A DNA stretch of 64,000 bases from an uncultured Prevotella sp. (GTDB lineage Bacteria > Bacteroidota > Bacteroidia > Bacteroidales > Bacteroidaceae): NCBI GenBank assembly GCA_937877595.1, contig CALFIY010000042.1:1062-65061 (forward strand). The letters run 5' to 3'. The position numbers and the translations under genes were made by a program. This document shows positions 47,446-57,671 of the stretch, one piece after another. Below the pieces are notes generated by a model. That model saw only the letters and a program-made list of their open reading frames with translations, was not told the origin of the DNA and searched no databases. Positions within the stretch are counted from its first letter, which is position 1. Every line of letters starts with the position of its first letter.

Positions 47446-50400
47446 CTATTGCAATACATCAAGCATGAATATGGCATCGAGCGACCAAAGTGCTGCGTCG
47501 TTTGTTGACAGTCCACGCCGTGGCTGCAGCAAAGCACGCCACACCTCGTTAGCACGTACTGCATCACTGTCGTACCATGCTGCGAGAGCATCAAGTCGAC
47601 GCACAGGGAAATGATTGCGCCCTATCTTTTCCACCATAGCGCGGTAACGGCGGGCATGGTCAAGCCACACAATATTGAACTCAGGACAGAGTTGCAAGGG
47701 AAGCAACTCGTTCATCACCTCAAAACCGCCCATGATAGTCATTAAATGGTTGGTATTGCACAACCCAGCCGGACCATCATAACTAAGCACCCCAGTGTCC
47801 GGCCGATATCCCAGAGCCTTATTGCCAGTAAAGAGTCCGTCGGGCAATGCTGCAATACTCTTCATTCCTGCCACTATCTTATTACGGTATTTTGCATTAC
47901 CAGTGCGCTCCCACTCCGTCATCCAGTTACCTACATATGCTACCCAGTCTGGCCCGATGCGCAGTCGCGCAGGTGCAGAACAAGGAAATTTATCACGCGG
48001 CTCTGCCAACCGCATTGGGTCAAGATGCCACAGCAGCGTGTCAGCATCCGTCTGCGCATGCATCAGTTCTGCCATTCTCTCGTCGGCTGTCAGATAATGA
48101 TAGAAGCGCAGGAATGCAGACTGCGAGATGCGTGCTTCCTTTGCACCACACCCCCAGTGGCTAACATTGTGTCGGCTGCCGAGAGGAGCGAAGGGACCAA
48201 TGTGATAAGTGTCTACCTCGCTGTTATGACGTGTCATGGCCTCAGCCATACGCCACACATCTGCACGTCCGCTACGCAAGAACATATACCATAGCCACAT
48301 GGGCGATGCAAGTTCAGTGTTGTCCCATGCATATCCGCCCACGTCATATCGCCACTCGTTTCTTTCCGGATCGTAGGCATGCATCACGTCACCATAGTTC
48401 CAAAAGCCATACCAGTGACAGCGTTCTGTTTCCTGCTGATAGATGGATATATATTCATCGAGCCGCTTTTCCACCTCTTTATTATCAGTGGGCAATGACC
48501 AAACGCCAAAGGCACGACGCGAATGCAGGTATTGTGGGGTCGGCAACAGTTGGTTAAGAGTTGTGAGATGCTTCATCTGTTCGCACGCCTGTTTCTCCGT
48601 AGGGCATCCATCCTGCGGCAACAGCCACAGAGTACTTGTTCGCGCAACACCATATGGTGTACTCATTCCCTGCTGTACATCCTCGTAACTTTCAGCCAGC
48701 CCATGAGGTATAGTGTCGTAATGGCATAGATTCATTGGCTCAGCCTCAGGACTCCAAAGGTACATAGTTACCGTTGCCTCATTGCTGCGCGCGTCATTCA
48801 CCTCTATTGTCGACGGATAGGCCTGCCAGAAATCTGCCAGACGCAGGGCCATACCGCCATCTACATCACCCAGGAAAAGGTAACCCTCACTGCGATGTCC
48901 CGACAGTGTTCCTATCCACGGCGACTCACGCGTAGCCCGTTTGCGAATAGAGAATGCGTTGTCCGTAAGATGTGACAACCTGAAGCCGTCCCATTGTGCC
49001 CAATGACGGAGCATTGCCTGGCCAATGCTGTCAAACCGTTCTATTGAAGGAATACGCCTGCACTGCTGCTGTTCCACCTGCAAATGCTGACTGCGTGGTA
49101 TACCACGTCCTTCCTCTGACGGCGACTGGCTAAGGCGCAACTCGCGCCGGCCATCAAGAGGCTGAACCGGCTCATGCCACAGCGTAGAGTCACTCACAGA
49201 AAACATCACATGACGATTGTATGGCTCACAACGCATTGGTATGCGGCATCTTATACCCATGGAGGTAATCATATCAACGGCGGTACTGCCGTCGTAGATA
49301 AAACTGTGCACCATTTTAACCTGCCGACTACCTGCAAAGAAGTATAAACGCACCACGAAAGGCAGCCAACTGCGCTGGCCATCACCGTGGAAGCCTTCAA
49401 TGCGGACAATCCCACTCACTGGCGTATTACGCTCCACGCTGACTGCGGAAATTTGAGAGACATATCCAGTATTGGCTGTAGTTGCCGTGAGCGAGACAGC
49501 ACCACCGACACGCTTTCCACCTATGAGCATGCTGTCTATAAGATTTTTACCCGTCAGCGGTATGTATGTCAAGGAAGTCCCTGTGTTAACCACTACCTGA
49601 CGATGGGTTGTCACTATTGAGAGATGTTTTTCTTGAGAAACGCCTCCCTTTTTCCTCATCACGAGTCGTGGTGCATCTGCCTGTGCAGGCACGACAGCAG
49701 CGATGGCAGCCCATTTCACGGAGCCATCAGGCCATTTTGCCAACGGCCACGCACTGGCAGGTAATCCGTTGTCGAGCGTCAGCCCTTCAACGTCAACTAT
49801 CTCGCCTTGTCGGAAGGGTACCCCAAATGTGACAGGCGTCGGCAATGTCGGTGTTCCGTTTAACCAGTGCAATGGAATGCCGTGCCCTGAAACAGAGAAG
49901 TCATCCGTTTTACCTCTTTTGAAGTTTGCTATCTTTGTATGTGACAATGTGGTACGGAAACCAAACCATCCGCTTTCAAGAGGTTGCGGGTCGCAGTAGT
50001 CGACAATCATCTCACCGTCGATGTAAAATCTCGTACGATCGCCACTGCTCTCTACACGCACGTGATACCAATGATTAGGACGGAGCAGGTGCGCGCTGTC
50101 GCTATACTCTTTCAGTATATGTGGACGATAGTTGATATCCTGTACGCCACGCTCGTCACCATTATATCTGCGAAAGCGAGTGGTTGTGTTATAATTGCCA
50201 CCATAGCCGAGATAATACATCTGCAATGTATAGCAACGCATGAAATTACCGTTTCTCCACGCTTGGCGCTTCCATATACTTTGCTGTTGCGGATCGGAAG
50301 CCATCCAAAAACAGTTCATGTCGCTAAGACGGTCGAAGGCGCCACCTTTGTCCACTACCATGGCGTCGTATTCCACCCAACTATTCCGCTTCACCGGTTG

Positions 50401-50601
50401 CTGGCGCCACAGCGTAAATCCTTTAGGAGCAACAATATCGCAGGTATCACCTATGAAGGTCACCTTGAAGTCTGTAGCCTCCGACTCCACACGCCAAAAA
50501 AGTGAAAAGTCGCGACTGTTTAGCCCCGACTGTCCCACCGCTGCCATTGTAGACAGCAAGAATATAAATACGTGTATTGTCCGCACTAAATTGCCGCTCA
50601 T
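47446..50601 (-). CDS. Secreted DUF6250 (YesU-like) + YetA/PL26-like exo-rhamnogalacturonan lyase fusion
   Basis: Signal peptide. N-terminal SDMNCFWMASDP, YYLGYGGNYNTTTRFRRY. Then TFGVPF, WPDGSVKW, WYGFWNYGDVMH, RYDVGGYAWDNTEL, GSRHNVSHWGCGAKE. Confidence 0.72.
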   Translation of the reverse strand: MSGNLVRTIHVFIFLLSTMAAVGQSGLNSRDFSLFWRVESEATDFKVTFIGDTCDIVAPKGFTLWRQQPVKRNSWVEYDAMVVDKGGAFDRLSDMNCFWMASDPQQQSIWKRQAWRNGNFMRCYTLQMYYLGYGGNYNTTTRFRRYNGDERGVQDINYRPHILKEYSDSAHLLRPNHWYHVRVESSGDRTRFYIDGEMIVDYCDPQPLESGWFGFRTTLSHTKIANFKRGKTDDFSVSGHGIPLHWLNGTPTLPTPVTFGVPFRQGEIVDVEGLTLDNGLPASAWPLAKWPDGSVKWAAIAAVVPAQADAPRLVMRKKGGVSQEKHLSIVTTHRQVVVNTGTSLTYIPLTGKNLIDSMLIGGKRVGGAVSLTATTANTGYVSQISAVSVERNTPVSGIVRIEGFHGDGQRSWLPFVVRLYFFAGSRQVKMVHSFIYDGSTAVDMITSMGIRCRIPMRCEPYNRHVMFSVSDSTLWHEPVQPLDGRRELRLSQSPSEEGRGIPRSQHLQVEQQQCRRIPSIERFDSIGQAMLRHWAQWDGFRLSHLTDNAFSIRKRATRESPWIGTLSGHRSEGYLFLGDVDGGMALRLADFWQAYPSTIEVNDARSNEATVTMYLWSPEAEPMNLCHYDTIPHGLAESYEDVQQGMSTPYGVARTSTLWLLPQDGCPTEKQACEQMKHLTTLNQLLPTPQYLHSRRAFGVWSLPTDNKEVEKRLDEYISIYQQETERCHWYGFWNYGDVMHAYDPERNEWRYDVGGYAWDNTELASPMWLWYMFLRSGRADVWRMAEAMTRHNSEVDTYHIGPFAPLGSRHNVSHWGCGAKEARISQSAFLRFYHYLTADERMAELMHAQTDADTLLWHLDPMRLAEPRDKFPCSAPARLRIGPDWVAYVGNWMTEWERTGNAKYRNKIVAGMKSIAALPDGLFTGNKALGYRPDTGVLSYDGPAGLCNTNHLMTIMGGFEVMNELLPLQLCPEFNIVWLDHARRYRAMVEKIGRNHFPVRRLDALAAWYDSDAVRANEVWRALLQPRRGLSTNDAALWSLDAIFMLDVLQ

Positions 50602-50623
50602 AGCAAATCGGCATCTTTCATTT

Positions 50624-51724
50624 TTACCCCATTCCCAGCAACGGCATCAGTTCGCCTTCCTTATGAAGTATGCGTACACTGGTAATAATGAAGGCAAGGA
50701 ACAGGAAAACAAGCACGGTCTTCGCTCTTCCAGGTCCTGCTTTCCTCACAGGCACGGTAGCACTCTGCAACGTGGTAAATGCCGGAGTCTCTTCCTGCAC
50801 TTTAGCCTCGGCAGCCGTAAGTTGCGCTGATACCGTAGTGTAGGCATTATACTTCAGTTGCATGTCGTTTTCAAGGTCGATGAGTTTGGTACGCGCACTT
50901 TGGAGTATCATGTCCTGGTTGGCATCAGAGAATGTAGCATATTGCTGGCGAGCCTTATCATATCGCGCCTTAGCCTCGACATACAACTTGCGATTAAACT
51001 CAAGATCTACACGCGACTTTTTCGTACGATACTCTGTAATGAATTCCTGCAGGTGTGACTTTACAGAGTCGGCCATTACGGCAGCAATAAGTGGGTCTTG
51101 GTCTTGCACGGTGATTGTTATCATCATTGTCTTATTATCGACGTCGCACACAATTTTCTTCTCCAGCATTTTCACTATGCTCGCCTGCTTTTTCGTAAGC
51201 ATGAAAGGATTTAGGGTGTCAGGTTCCTCTTCCTCTACCTCTTTTTTGGGAAAAAGCGAACCAATACCTTCAAAAGTAGCCTTGATAGCCTCACTCCACC
51301 ATGGAACCTTTTGCTCGTTCTTCAGATAATCGTAGTATGACATCATGCGCGTGGAGTCCTTCTTATGAATCATCACCGGGAAAAGTGTGATTTTAAAGTC
51401 GGTAGAGTTCATCAACTCAGGATAGAGCGTGGGAAACAGTGCCTCAGTATTTGTCATGGCATTTGTTCCCATTTTCATACCAAACTGCTGCGCCAGCACC
51501 GACAATGAGTTGCTGCTTCTACTCGTGGATAGTTCTGGGGACAGCAACACTTCGCACTTATAATAATTCGGAACGGAGAGCATCAAGATACAGCCCACGA
51601 CAAACGTAATGGATAGCACCTTGTAGTATGTCTTCTTATGGCTACGAAGCACAGAGAAGATATGCGCAAAATCTATGCTACTTTCCTCTTCCTGCTCGGC
51701 AATATATTTCTGTTCTTCTGTCAT
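50624..51724 (-). CDS. Polysaccharide chain-length determinant (Wzz-like)
   Basis: Two terminal TM helices, coiled-coil core, QDPLIAA, KVQEETPAFTTLQSATVP. Confidence 0.88.
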   Translation of the reverse strand: MTEEQKYIAEQEEESSIDFAHIFSVLRSHKKTYYKVLSITFVVGCILMLSVPNYYKCEVLLSPELSTSRSSNSLSVLAQQFGMKMGTNAMTNTEALFPTLYPELMNSTDFKITLFPVMIHKKDSTRMMSYYDYLKNEQKVPWWSEAIKATFEGIGSLFPKKEVEEEEPDTLNPFMLTKKQASIVKMLEKKIVCDVDNKTMMITITVQDQDPLIAAVMADSVKSHLQEFITEYRTKKSRVDLEFNRKLYVEAKARYDKARQQYATFSDANQDMILQSARTKLIDLENDMQLKYNAYTTVSAQLTAAEAKVQEETPAFTTLQSATVPVRKAGPGRAKTVLVFLFLAFIITSVRILHKEGELMPLLGMG

Positions 51725-51744
51725 TACGGAATGCTTATGTTGTT

Positions 51745-54234
51745 TTATTTAGACACACTGACGATAGTCGCTATCATGGCTGCGATAGACGCTACACTCA
51801 CACCCATTGATCCCCACTGATTGAACGATGGGGTGTTCTTCTTTGGCTTTGTGGGTACGATAATCTCACATCCCGGCTCAATCTTGGCGTGTTTGTTTGC
51901 CATTGACATCGTTCCGTTCTGGTAGATTATCCATGTCTTGCGCTTCTTGGCCTTCGTTCCGAAGCCGCCCGACTGGTTGACATACCACTTGTAGCCTTTG
52001 CCTTTCAGGTAGGCCACTGTGTTAGGATACATCACATCGCCCGAAACCTTCACCGTTCCGTTGTACTCAGGCACAACGATGCGGTCGCCTTCGCGCAACA
52101 CGATGTCAAAATCCGAACCTGGTTTTGCCAAAGCCTTCTCCAGATATATACCAACAGTATACGTGGTTGCCAACTGCAACTTAGCAATATCAATAGAGTC
52201 CTTGTCATTGCTCTGCGAAGCAAGTTGCTGTAACAGGAAGTCACGGCGTGCACGCTCGTCGACATTCATCGTACGCTCCAAACGGGCACCCTTTACATAA
52301 GCCTCATCGGTCACACCACCGGCAGCGGCGATGGCCTCAGAGAGCCGCATATTCTTCTTGTGCATGGTATATACGCCAGAAAAAGCAACCTCGCCTTGCA
52401 CACGGATGTTACGTGGCGTCTGGAAACCAGGACTGCGGCGCACATAGACGATATCATAGGGTTTCAGCAGGAAACCAGGTTGTCCGTCAATAACAAAACC
52501 GTCTTTGAGTGCGAAGGTGAATGTCTCCGCCAACTCACGCGTTGTACTGGTAGATTTGGAGTCAAGGATGCGGCGCGACACATCAACTTTGACAGTCGAC
52601 GCAGCATCGGTAAGACCACCGGCAAGCATTATAAGATCCTCCAGCGTAGTGTTGTCGGCAAACTCGTAGTCACCCGGATGTATCACCTCACCATGCACCG
52701 TCAGTATACGCTGCTGTTGGGCCTCCACTATAGTAGGAATGAACAGGATGTCTTCGTTTGCCAAGGGTATATCGGGCACTGTTCCTGCCAAGATGCCTGC
52801 CACGTCAACAGGAATGGTTCGCAGTGTGCGGTCTTCGTTCAAACGGTGTATCACACCGTGTGCCGTAAAGGCATCCTCGGTTACACCTTCTGCTGTTTCT
52901 ATCAATGAGCGTACGGAATTGACACCTGTACCGAGTTGGTAGACCCCTGGGCGGAATACCGCGCCCTTTATTTCTACCTTGTTCTCATAACGGTTGATTA
53001 TACCGTCGATTGACAAAGCGTCGCCGTCTTCCAGTTTGAACGAAGAGAAGTCGAACTCATCGATATTGTACACCTGATAGCGTGAACCCGTCTTACGCTC
53101 AAGGCGAACAGACTTTTGGAAAGCATCACCTGTGAAACCACCGGCATATTTCAACAGCGTAGCAACTGTCTCAGTGCGCCGCATTTCGTAGAACATCGGG
53201 CGCTTCACATTTCCTGTAATACCAACGAGACAATCGTATGGCCCGACTTGAATAACGTCGCCTTCCTCAAGACGTATATCGCCCTCAAGTTTGCCGTTAA
53301 GGATATATTCGTAGATATCCACTGTTGTGACGAGACGTCCGCCACGGAACACCTGAACGTTACGCAACGTACCGAGTTGGTTTATGCCACCAGCCATATA
53401 CAAGGCATGGAAAACCGACGAGAAGGCACTCAGACGGTATGTACCAGGCGTTCTTACCTCGCCCATGATGTTAATCATAATGGTACGCGTCTGTCCTACC
53501 GTAACGCGAATGTCGCTGCTCTGATAACGCGAGCCTACGGTAGAACGTATTTTGCGCGCAGCCGAAGAGACCGTCATGCCGTTTACAGTGATGGGACCGT
53601 AGCCAGGAACTGTAATTGTTCCTTCAGGACTGACACTGAGTTGCAGAGTTTTCTGCGATGCTCCGTAGATATCAATCACCAGTTGGTCGCCAGGGCCAAG
53701 CACGTAGTTCTGCGGAGTGGGAATGTTCATATTAGGCTCGAACGACAGGGTGCGACGACTGAATATGTCGCGGCCGAAGACACGCTTGTTGGCGGCATCA
53801 CCAGGCGTATCCTGCGTAGCCTGCACATCCCCCTCAGCCTTGTCGTGCTCTGTGCTGGCATCGGTATTGTTGCTACCAGGACGTGCAGTGTTTGTCTCCT
53901 GCTCGGTGGTACCGTCGTTGTTGGCGCGCAAGCGCTCCTGCACCGGATCATCGCCTCCTATGCTGGTACCAGTGCGCAATTGTGCCTCATACTGCGTGCG
54001 CACACGACGTATCTGGTCTATTTTCACGCCGCGTTGCATCAGTTTCGTAACAATTTGCGACTGTGCCGTTCCGGCTCTCATTTCACTCTGGACGAATCGC
54101 GCCACCTGCGTGTCGCTCATCACCTGTGCAGCAACCGACTGTAGCGCCAAGGCAAGCACAAGAGTGCATGCGGCGCGTCGGACAGCAGCAAAAGATCTGG
54201 GGAATGATGAGCAATGAAGTTCTATAAAATTCAT
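51745..54234 (-). CDS. Polysaccharide export protein with multiple SLBB domains (Wza/KpsD-like)
   Basis: VFGRDIF, YVLGPGD, repeated GEV..PG.Y / AGG.T.DA SLBB units, IEPGCEIIVP. -7 box at 54288-54295. Confidence 0.9.
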   Translation of the reverse strand: MNFIELHCSSFPRSFAAVRRAACTLVLALALQSVAAQVMSDTQVARFVQSEMRAGTAQSQIVTKLMQRGVKIDQIRRVRTQYEAQLRTGTSIGGDDPVQERLRANNDGTTEQETNTARPGSNNTDASTEHDKAEGDVQATQDTPGDAANKRVFGRDIFSRRTLSFEPNMNIPTPQNYVLGPGDQLVIDIYGASQKTLQLSVSPEGTITVPGYGPITVNGMTVSSAARKIRSTVGSRYQSSDIRVTVGQTRTIMINIMGEVRTPGTYRLSAFSSVFHALYMAGGINQLGTLRNVQVFRGGRLVTTVDIYEYILNGKLEGDIRLEEGDVIQVGPYDCLVGITGNVKRPMFYEMRRTETVATLLKYAGGFTGDAFQKSVRLERKTGSRYQVYNIDEFDFSSFKLEDGDALSIDGIINRYENKVEIKGAVFRPGVYQLGTGVNSVRSLIETAEGVTEDAFTAHGVIHRLNEDRTLRTIPVDVAGILAGTVPDIPLANEDILFIPTIVEAQQQRILTVHGEVIHPGDYEFADNTTLEDLIMLAGGLTDAASTVKVDVSRRILDSKSTSTTRELAETFTFALKDGFVIDGQPGFLLKPYDIVYVRRSPGFQTPRNIRVQGEVAFSGVYTMHKKNMRLSEAIAAAGGVTDEAYVKGARLERTMNVDERARRDFLLQQLASQSNDKDSIDIAKLQLATTYTVGIYLEKALAKPGSDFDIVLREGDRIVVPEYNGTVKVSGDVMYPNTVAYLKGKGYKWYVNQSGGFGTKAKKRKTWIIYQNGTMSMANKHAKIEPGCEIIVPTKPKKNTPSFNQWGSMGVSVASIAAMIATIVSVSK

Positions 54235-54355
54235 TATCTTATCGTATCTGTTTCTTCTGATTTATGAAAACTTCGCATAATGCGCTGCAAAGTTACGCCA
54301 TTTCCATGAAATGGCAAAAAAATTAAAGCACGTTTTTCTTATTTTTTCTACGATA

Positions 54356-55171
54356 TTACATCTCATTGACACGCTGACGTATTATCGCTCCAGTAAATAG
54401 TCTGCCACTGGCCGTACCCAATCGGCGTGCAGAAAAATATCTCTCCGGCATAGCGTATGTACATGCCGGTGACACCAGTTCGTTATCCGTGCTGACGCCA
54501 CACTGCGCAAGAAGCCAGCGATTGCACTCTTTCAAATCGATATGCCATTTTGCCATCCGCACACTGACAATATCCATCGGGAAACCAGCACTGCAGAACG
54601 CATCGTACACCTCGTCACCCACCTCAAAATTGTCTGTTGAAATACACGGACCTATCACCGCCCTGACATAAGCACTCTCTGTACCATACGCATTATGCAT
54701 GGCATCCAAGGCTTTGACGACAATGCGCTGCAGTGTCCCACGCCATCCGGCATGCGCTACGCATACCGCCACATGCTGAGTATCATATAATATAATAGGT
54801 GTACAATCGGCTGTAGAAACTCCGACGCACACCTCTTCCGTGTCTGTCATCACGGCGTCTGCTCCTTCGAGGAAACCGGCACGCTCCTCTGGCGATAATT
54901 GCAGAATGGCCTCGTCCACACGGCATACCACCGTGCCGTGCACCTGATGGGGCATTATTAGTCGGTCGATGCTTATCTGCAACAAGTCGGAGAGAATCTT
55001 CCTATTGCACGCCACGTCAGCAGGATTGTCACCACAGAATCCGTTGACATTCATCGAAGCATAATTGCCACTGCTACACCCTCCCCGACGTGTAGTAGTG
55101 AATGCCGTAAGCCTGTCGTCGATGCTATAGACATCGGCAATTTGTTCAAGCCTCGTCGTCGTAGTCTTCAT
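54356..55171 (-). CDS. pgeF: Peptidoglycan editing factor / YfiH-family protein
   Basis: TTTRRGG.S, HQVHG, ADC.PI, AHAGWRG, IGPCIS, FSARR. Start uncertain (ATG 55171 overlaps the obgE end). Confidence 0.88.
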   Translation of the reverse strand: MKTTTTRLEQIADVYSIDDRLTAFTTTRRGGCSSGNYASMNVNGFCGDNPADVACNRKILSDLLQISIDRLIMPHQVHGTVVCRVDEAILQLSPEERAGFLEGADAVMTDTEEVCVGVSTADCTPIILYDTQHVAVCVAHAGWRGTLQRIVVKALDAMHNAYGTESAYVRAVIGPCISTDNFEVGDEVYDAFCSAGFPMDIVSVRMAKWHIDLKECNRWLLAQCGVSTDNELVSPACTYAMPERYFSARRLGTASGRLFTGAIIRQRVNEM

Positions 55172-56315
55172 ATTCAAAGTCGTCGACGTCCTCCACCTCT
55201 TCGTCGTCGACAAACTCTATTTCCTCATCGGCTCCTTCGTCGGCCATTTCCTGCGCGAAGCGCGTCATGTCCTTGTCGCGATGCACCAGAGTATCCTCTT
55301 GCAATGCCACGGCAAGTTTATTGCTTTCGGCATTCAGTTCCTGCCACAGCACATCCTTCAGAGCATCAAGTCCATAGCCAGTAACAGCAGAGATGAACAC
55401 TACAGGCAGGTCTGTTGGCAGTCCTTCACGCAGCATTTCTATGAGTTCCTCATCCAGCAGGTCACACTTGGTGACTGCCAAAACGCGATGCTTGTCGAGC
55501 AGTTCGGGATTAAAGCGCTGCAGTTCGCCGAGAAGCGTCTCATATTCGCCACGAATGTCGTCGCTGTCGCCAGGCACCATAAACAGCAGCAGGGAATTGC
55601 GCTCTATGTGCCGCAGGAAGCGCAGTCCGAGTCCACGGCCTTCTGCCGCTCCCTCTATGATGCCGGGGATATCGGCCATAACAAAAGATTTCTGGTCGCG
55701 ATAGCCGACAATGCCGAGCGAAGGCTCCATGGTGGTAAATGGATAATTGGCTATTTTCGGGCGCGCATTGGAGAGCGCCGACACAAGTGTCGATTTTCCG
55801 GCATTTGGCTGTCCTACAAGTCCCACGTCAGCGAGCAGTTTCAGTTCCAAGATTACCGTCATTTCCTGCATGGGCTCGCCGGGCTGCGCATAGCGCGGAG
55901 CCTGATTGGTAGCCGAGCGGAACTGAAAGTTGCCCAGTCCGCCACGTCCGCCTTTCAGCAATACGATTTCCTGGCCGTCGTATGTGACGTCGCAGACAAA
56001 GCGCCCTGTCTCGGCATCGTATACGACTGTTCCGCACGGAACGTCAATATAGACATCCTTGCCGTCTGTGCCGTGACATTTGTCGCGACCGCCGTTGCCA
56101 CCATGTTCAGCAAAGATGTGGCGCTCGTAGCGGAGGTGGAGCAGAGTCCAGTAGTTGTGGTTACCACGCAGGATAATGCTGCCACCCCTGCCGCCGTCGC
56201 CTCCGTCAGGGCCGCCATTGGGGTTATATTTCACGTGGCGCAGGTGCATTGAGCCACGTCCACCCTTTCCCGAGCGGCATAATATTTTTACGTAGTCTAC
56301 AAAATTGCTCTCCAT
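55146..56315 (-). CDS. obgE: GTPase Obg
   Basis: [61 protein letters not shown]. Confidence 0.98.
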   Translation of the reverse strand: MESNFVDYVKILCRSGKGGRGSMHLRHVKYNPNGGPDGGDGGRGGSIILRGNHNYWTLLHLRYERHIFAEHGGNGGRDKCHGTDGKDVYIDVPCGTVVYDAETGRFVCDVTYDGQEIVLLKGGRGGLGNFQFRSATNQAPRYAQPGEPMQEMTVILELKLLADVGLVGQPNAGKSTLVSALSNARPKIANYPFTTMEPSLGIVGYRDQKSFVMADIPGIIEGAAEGRGLGLRFLRHIERNSLLLFMVPGDSDDIRGEYETLLGELQRFNPELLDKHRVLAVTKCDLLDEELIEMLREGLPTDLPVVFISAVTGYGLDALKDVLWQELNAESNKLAVALQEDTLVHRDKDMTRFAQEMADEGADEEIEFVDDEEVEDVDDFEYEDYDDEA

Positions 56316-56339
56316 CGCCGAAGCAAGTCGTTAAGCGGC

Positions 56340-56912
56340 TTACAAACTGTCTATCACCTGTTGTATGTCGCCGAAAATACGCTCCAGCGAACCGAGTCCG
56401 TTTATATGGTGATGCAGTCCCTCCTGCTTATACCATTCAATGAGCGGCTGCGTCTGCTGATGATACACCGTGAGACGGCGTTTAATCGTTTCCTCGTTGT
56501 CATCAGCGCGTCCGCTCTCCTTACCACGTTTGATGAGTCGCGTCATAAGTTCGTCTTCAGGCACGTCGAGTTCCAGCATGGCAGCCACGCGGTCGCCGCG
56601 CTCGTCAAGCATCGTGCGAAGAGCCTCAGCCTGTGGTATGGTGCGTGGAAAACCGTCGAATATCACTCCCTTGTGAGCACGTCCGAAACTGTCGTATACG
56701 CTGGCAAGTATCCGCACCATCAGGTCGTCCGGAATAAGGTTTCCCTTATCGATATACTGCTGTGCAGTTTTTCCCAGTTCCGTTCCGCGCTTTATCTCGC
56801 TGCGCAGCACGTCGCCCGTAGAGATGTGCTGCAGTCCGTAATGCTTTATCAGCATTTCGCTTTGGGTGCCCTTGCCCGAGCCAGGAGCACCGAAAATCAC
56901 TATATTCTTCAT
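56340..56912 (-). CDS. adk: Adenylate kinase
   Basis: FGAPGSGKGTQ, HISTGDVLR, DGFPRT, GRADDN. Start at ATG 56912. Confidence 0.97.
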   Translation of the reverse strand: MKNIVIFGAPGSGKGTQSEMLIKHYGLQHISTGDVLRSEIKRGTELGKTAQQYIDKGNLIPDDLMVRILASVYDSFGRAHKGVIFDGFPRTIPQAEALRTMLDERGDRVAAMLELDVPEDELMTRLIKRGKESGRADDNEETIKRRLTVYHQQTQPLIEWYKQEGLHHHINGLGSLERIFGDIQQVIDSL

Positions 56913-56942
56913 AATAATATGTTTCTCTTGATTGTTAGTAGT

Positions 56943-57036
56943 CGCTATTATCTCCTTTCCCCGTGTCCAGTCGAGCACTACGTCTCCCTTACGGGCTTCT
57001 GCGTCGCTTGGCAGATGTGGAAGTTTTATCTGGCGC
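56943..57036 (-). ncRNA. ffs: Probable Bacteroidales-type small SRP (4.5S) RNA
   Basis: GC-rich rod-like hairpin filling the hpt-adk gap, with apical AG-CCC-GUAA-GGG-AG analogous to SRP GG-UCC-GGAA-GGA-AG. Location agrees with my recollection of Bacteroidales synteny. Strand and ends uncertain. Confidence 0.55.
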
Positions 57037-57044
57037 ATTGCCTG

Positions 57045-57581
57045 TTATTGTTTCAGAGTGTATATTTCCTTCAGGCCACGCCCCTGCTGGTCGTAGTCGA
57101 GTCCATAGCCAAGGATGAAGTCATTGGGTATTGAAAATGCGGCATAGTCGATATCCAGGTCGACCTGCAGTTTTTCCGGCTTGACAAACAGCGTACAGAT
57201 ATGCACCGATGCCGGATTGCGCGTGCCTATCTGCTCTATCATGCGCTTCATAGTCAGTCCGCTTTCCACTATATCTTCTACGATAATCACCGTGCGTCCT
57301 GTCAGGTCTTCGTTAATACCAATCACTTCCTTCACCTTACCAGTAGAAGTAGTGCCCTGATAACTTGCCAATTTCACAAAGGAAATCTCACATGGAATGG
57401 TAATCTGACGCATCAAGTCGGCAGCAAAGATAAAAGCCCCGTTCAGAACTCCAAGAAGCAGCGGATTTTTCCCTTCCATGTCATGGCTAATCTGGGCTGC
57501 CACTTCTGAAATACGCTTTTGCAATTCACTTTCAGTGATTGACGTTTCAAAGGTTTTATCCTTGATTTTAACGATACTCAT
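57045..57581 (-). CDS. hpt: Hypoxanthine phosphoribosyltransferase
   Basis: VLNGAFIFAADL, IIVEDIVESGLT, FILGYGLDY. Confidence 0.95.
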   Translation of the reverse strand: MSIVKIKDKTFETSITESELQKRISEVAAQISHDMEGKNPLLLGVLNGAFIFAADLMRQITIPCEISFVKLASYQGTTSTGKVKEVIGINEDLTGRTVIIVEDIVESGLTMKRMIEQIGTRNPASVHICTLFVKPEKLQVDLDIDYAAFSIPNDFILGYGLDYDQQGRGLKEIYTLKQ

Positions 57582-57605
57582 ATTGACAAATTATAAAATT
57601 TGGCA

Positions 57606-57664
57606 CAAAATTACTATTTTTTTCCAAAAGAATGGACACGGGTAATGTTTTTTTCTTAATTTTG
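57606..57664. promoter_or_regulatory. Divergent -7 boxes for hpt (-, 57606-57613) and nnr (+, 57657-57664)
   Basis: TAATTTTG on both strands. Confidence 0.65.
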
Positions 57665-57671
57665 CACGTGA

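Noticed and set aside
53116..56252. Long + strand ORFs (53116-54144, 55281-56252)
   Set aside because: Antisense to the SLBB exporter gene and obgE; no recognisable domains.
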